64,000 nt of DNA from NCBI GenBank assembly GCA_964252035.1, contig OZ176214.1. One strand, written 5' to 3'. Positions within the stretch are counted from its first letter, which is position 1. Every line of letters starts with the position of its first letter. Under the pieces are notes generated by a model that searched no databases, was not told the DNA's origin, and saw only the letters and a program-made list of their open reading frames with translations. The DNA comes from Podarcis erhardii (taxonomy: Eukaryota). Shown one piece after another: positions 59,366-64,000 of the stretch. Made by a program: the position numbers and the translations under genes.

Positions 59366-59867
59366 CTCTAAAGAGCTGAAGATTCAAACATAGTTGGGAA
59401 GGGTCTTATCCCAGTGGCAGATCATCTGTTTGTATGCAGAAGGTCCCAGTGGGAGATGCCAGTATGAGGTAACCAGCCCAAACGTACCCTTTTGAGTTTG
59501 CACCTGTGAATTGCGATAACTGTAGGTGGTTAAGGGTTTTTCTTGTTTTGCAGCCCGGACATGTATGCTCTCCCAGCAGACATAGTTTCTTACCACCATC
59601 TCACACTTCATAGCCTAGAAAGTGGTGGCTGTCTTGCAGCAGGGCTGCAAGGGCAGAAATTGATTGCGCAGCAGCTCCTGCTGGCTACACCAGCTTTTCT
59701 GCAACATTTATGGAAAGTTTGGTGAAAGGAGATGAAATTATAAGGGCAGTTATGCTCTTTCACTCTCTCAGCAGTTATTGATGCCTAAAGTGCATTTCAA
59801 AACTCAAAACCTGAATACAGTATTTGGCTGCAATGCAAGCTCTCATCTGTCTCCCCTTTCGGTCTTG

Positions 59868-60305
59868 AGAGCCAGTATAGTAGTGAGTGTCAGACTAGGA
59901 CCTGGGAGATGGGTTCAGATCCCGACCATCAGCCAGGAAGCCCACTGGGTGACCTTGGGCCAGGCACTCACCCTCAGCTTAACCTACCTCAACAGGGTTG
60001 TTGTGGGAATTAAGTGAGGAGGGAGAAAGAACTATGTACAGCTCCCCCCCACCCATTTATGTGGGGGTTATGTTCTGAGGCACCATGCACATCAGTGAAA
60101 TCGCATGTAATTGAAACCGATTGGAAAAGCCTGCAAACACCCAGTTCTGCCCCTTTAGTGATGTTTCAAGGTCCCTTTTGGGTTCAGTGCGATGTGCGTA
60201 TACATGGTCACACACATATTGAACATGATGCATAAACGGGGGTCTGCCTGTATGCCACACTGAGCTCCTTGGAGAAAAGAAGAAGGTGGGATGGAAATGC
60301 AAACA
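59868..60305 (+). mobile_element. Squam3-like SINE split by a Tc1/mariner MITE
   Basis: SINE reads ...gaaagaactatg[TA-MITE-TA]tgccacactgagctccttggag. Confidence 0.8.
60039..60250. mobile_element. Tc1/mariner MITE nested in a SINE
   Basis: TA flanks at 60037-38 and 60251-52; imperfect TIR cag..cccc..tttatg / cataaacgggggtctgcctg. Confidence 0.7.
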
Positions 60306-60659
60306 GTTAACAAATCAGCTCTAAAAGTAGAACCTGTGGCTTTGCGCAGAGAAAGGCCTGGCTTCAAAACAAACTCCAGATTCCCCAAGCAAAGCAGAGG
60401 AATAAATACCCTGTGTGAAATGTTGGCGAGGGGGTATCTGCTAGTAGTCTGTGTTGACAATTCTGAGCTTGGTGGACCCATGTGCTTATTTGGCACAGGC
60501 AGGTTCCTCTGTTCTGTTCAAACAACTTCATGTTCTCAAAGCTTAGCCTTTATACATTGTAAGAGTAGCATCATATATTGTTTCTGCTGCCACAGACTAA
60601 GACTTGAGGCAGCTTATAGACCAAAACATTTACAATGGCTTAAACTTTCAAAAAGCTTC

Positions 60660-61500
60660 TGTAATGTTTGCCTTTAAGGTGCAACACTCTTTGCTTTAAC
60701 CCTTTTATCTTCGGTTACTTATTAAATGTACTCCAAATGTTTGCTCTCCTCTGCCTTCTCTCCAACTGCCACCTCCACTGCTAGACCAGTTATTTGAACT
60801 TCAGCCATGTATTTGCATTTAAGTCCAAAGCTCATGCTTCGGACTAAAAATCAGCTATGCTGCTCCTGCAAAGATTAACCCCCCCCTCCGAAAGAGTATA
60901 ATTGGATTTCCCGTAACAGGAAAATATCTTCAAACTTCTCAGTAGCTATATCCTGTTATTGGTAAAGTGTAGAATTTATCCTGTATCCCCAAGGGATTAT
61001 TGTCTCCTCTCAATCTATTGCTTCCCCCAAAAACATTGTTATCATATCAGCACTCTTCATGTTTTAGCCTTTCTCTGAAGTAATGAATAGCATGTTCTTC
61101 TTTATCCTCCAACTCATGCTACATTAGTATGGCAGTTTATTCAGTTTCCCTAACTGTATTATATTTGAACTTTCATGTGTCATAAAAGGCACTTCTGGAA
61201 ATCTAGTGGAATATAGTGAAAACTTGGCACTCATTTCTGTGTTAATTGGTTCCAGAAACAATCTATTTGCAACCCTAACCCAGAAAATAGGAGTAAAGTG
61301 ATAAAATTTGAGGCAGAATATAGGTATATAGTCCTTTCCTGCCATTTTCTGGGTGAATCATGGAGCAACTGGACAGAAGATTATAATCAGGAAAGCTAAT
61401 GCAATATAATACATGGAGAATTACACCCTCAGACTTGAAGCAAATTCAGGAGTACATGTATGGTATTTCAGATAAATTTAAATTTAGGGAATTCAGGGAA
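60660..61500 (-). mobile_element. Possible degraded L1/Tx1 ORF2 C-terminal region
   Basis: AT-rich stretch with frameshifted AAxLIF...TWL...IWSTF pattern; weak. Confidence 0.3.
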
Positions 61501-61902
61501 GGAAGGAATAGAAGCAATTTGTTTCCTACCATAAACAAGAAATTAAATAATTTGTCTCTGAATAAGCATTAAAAATTGCAGTCCACTACTTATAATTGTT
61601 ATAGGGAGTTTAAAAAATGTCACATGCTCACTTAGGAGCACTTTGAAAGATTTACAATACATACTATACTGTACTAAATTTAAAAGGGGGGCATTATTGC
61701 AGAGGCTGTGCAAGTCTGGTTCAATGATCATATCCAAAACAATAAAACTCATACAAGTAAAACTAATATTAAAGTATTAGGAAAACTGTTAATTCTGAAT
61801 AATTCTAAACTGTGCAAAACACCACCTACTTATCTGAGATCTTTACTCTAAAATTTTGGGTAACCTCAAGGCAATCTTAAAAGATTAGGACTAAGAGATT
61901 AA

Positions 61903-62257
61903 GAGCGGGTGGCACTGTGGTCTAAACCACTCTTGGGCTTGCCGATCAGAAGGTCGGCGGTTTGAATCCCCACGACTGGGTGAGCTCCCATTGTTCAGTC
62001 CCGGCTCCTGCCCACCTAGCAGTTCAAAAGCACGCCAAAGTGCAATGAGATAAACAGGTACCACTCTGGCAGGAACTAAACGGTGTTTCCGTGCGCTGCT
62101 CTGGTTCACCAGAAGTGGCTTAGTCATGCTGGCCACATGAACTGGAAGCTGTCTGCGGACAAATGCCGGCTCCCTTCCCTCCAGAGATGAGTCAGATGAG
62201 TGCCACAACCCGAGTTGTCTGCGACTGGACCTAACGGTCAGGGGTAACTTTACCTTT
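61903..62257 (+). mobile_element. Sauria SINE (Squam1), near full length
   Basis: Same head and ggacctaacggtcaggggtaactttaccttt tail. Confidence 0.9.
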
Positions 62258-62311
62258 TAAGTTTGCTGTGGGGCCAGAATCTTTTACTGTGATATGCTGG
62301 GACTTTATTTT

Positions 62312-63540
62312 AATCATATAATTGTAGAGTTGAAAGGGACTTCAAGGGATGAAATGCAGATATCTCAACAAAAGCATCCATGACAGATGGCCGTCCAACC
62401 TTGGCTTAAGACACTATCAAACAGCACTTATCGTCAGAAAGTTCTTCCCAATGTTTGGTCAAAATCTCCTTTCTTGTAATTTGAATCCATTGGTTTGGGT
62501 CCTACCCTCCAGAGCAAACAACCTTATTCCCTCTTCCATGTAGCAGCCAGCCCTTGAGATATCTGAATGTGGTTATCATCTCTTCTCAGTTTCTTCTCCA
62601 GGCTAAACATACCCAGCGCCCTCAACCATTCCTCATAAGGCTTGCTTTCCTGAACCTCTCCTCTGCACATGTTCCATCTTGTCAATATCCTTCTTAAACA
62701 CCAGACTTAAATATTTATTTCTTAAATGGTCATACCCTGACCTGCACACAGTACTCTCGGTGTGATCTAACCAAGGTAGAATACAGTGGTACCTCGGATT
62801 AAGTACTTAATTCGTTCCGGAGGTCCGTTCTTAAACTGAAGCACCACTTTTAGCTAATGGGGCCTCCTGCTGCCGCTGCTGCACGATTTCTGTTCTCATC
62901 CTGAAGCAAAGTTCTTAACCCAAGGTACTATTTCTGTGTTAGCGGAGTCTGTAACCTGTAGCGTATGTAACCCGAGGTACCACTGTAGATCTATTTACTT
63001 CCCTTGATTGGGACACTGTTGAAGGTAGCATTAGCTTTTTTTGCTGCTGCATCCCATTCATGTTCAATTTGTGGTCTAGTAAGACCCCTAAATCCTTTTC
63101 ACATGTACTACTGGTAAACAATGTGTTCCCCATCTTATATTTCTGCAGTTGGTTCTTCCTGCCTAAGTGAAGCACCTTACATCTGTCCCTACTGAAATTG
63201 TGTTAGTTTGCGTCCAGCTCTCAAACCTGCTAAGGTCATATTGAATCCAGATTCTGTCTTCAGTGGCATTTGCTACCCCTTCCAGTTTGGTGCCATCTGC
63301 AAATTGTATGAGCATCGCTTCATTACCTGCAATCTAAGTTGTTTATAAAAATGCTGAACACCAGGCCCAGGACAGAACCCTGCAGCATCCCACTTGTCCT
63401 TTTTTTCCAGGATGAGGAACCATTAGTGAACAATCTTTGGGTTTGGCCAGTTAACCAGCTACAAATTCACCTAAAAGTTAAGCTCATCCAGTCCACATTT
63501 TGTTACAACACCTGTTGGAAACCACCAGGATAACTTGACT
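62312..63540 (-). mobile_element. Degraded CR1 LINE fragment interrupted by a MITE
   Basis: [39 protein letters not shown] and FADGTKL-like segment; CR1 3' tail at about 62312-62350. Confidence 0.88.
62784..62985. mobile_element. Tigger-like MITE nested in CR1
   Basis: TA-CAGTGGTACCTCGG...CCGAGGTACCACTG-TA. Confidence 0.9.
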
Positions 63541-64000
63541 TCAGGTCTTCTATCAAGGTCCAGCTTTTATTATTGCATTGGTATTTATTTTTGCCTCTCA
63601 TTGATATATGATTATCTTATATACAGTGCTAATGCTCCTGCTCTCCCGTTCTGCTTTGGAGGAGGGGAATTATTTATGTAGACTTTATGTTCTGGTTTGC
63701 TCTCTATACAACTGAAAAACTAATAAAAATATATTTCTTCTAGTTCATCCCAGTCTAAAACAGAAAACTGTACCTATGTAATTCATTCAGACTCCAAACA
63801 GCAGACGTAAGAGTCCTTTTTAAATAGTTGCACCCAACCTGGTGCTCTCCTGATGTTTTAAGGTTTCAACTTCCCTCAGCCAAAGCCAGCACCTGCATCC
63901 AGCAAATATGTGGCAGCAGGATTTCTGCAGTCTCAAATATCTGGAGGGCACAAGCTGTCCTAGAAACGGGTCCAACCTGCAATTTCCCAGTACTAATAAG

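Overview
Vertebrate genomic DNA from a squamate reptile, most likely a lacertid lizard. The species call is an inference from the Sauria-type SINEs, other squamate SINEs and CAGTGGTACCTC-type MITEs. The window holds the 5' half of angiomotin (AMOT, a Hippo/YAP scaffold) on the minus strand. Five coding exons (26473-25638, 12371-11864, 9631-9487, 7887-7801, 5269-5124) splice through GT-AG sites into one open frame of 574 codons. The gene continues past the left edge. A CpG island at about 50.4-51.3 kb is the likely promoter, and a second CpG-rich patch with a strong minus-strand splice donor sits at about 58.2-58.6 kb. The rest is intronic or upstream DNA filled with CR1, L2 and other LINE remnants, three or four SINE families, Tc1/mariner and hAT MITEs (often nested), microsatellites and one 188-N gap. 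No prokaryotic-type system, CRISPR array, rRNA or intact tRNA gene is visible. The most notable observations are: (1) a young Penelope-type insertion forming a perfect 89-bp inverted repeat that carries a minimal hammerhead ribozyme motif in AMOT-sense orientation; (2) loss of the mammalian p80 start codon together with a (CAGATG)n cluster of new in-frame AUGs; (3) a 58-nt leader that looks like a frameshifted N-terminal extension and whose stop overlaps the AMOT start (ATGA). Exon boundaries and TSD-bounded elements were counted by hand; coordinates of degraded repeats are approximate (about +/-20 bp). Homolog sequences quoted are recalled from memory and need database confirmation.
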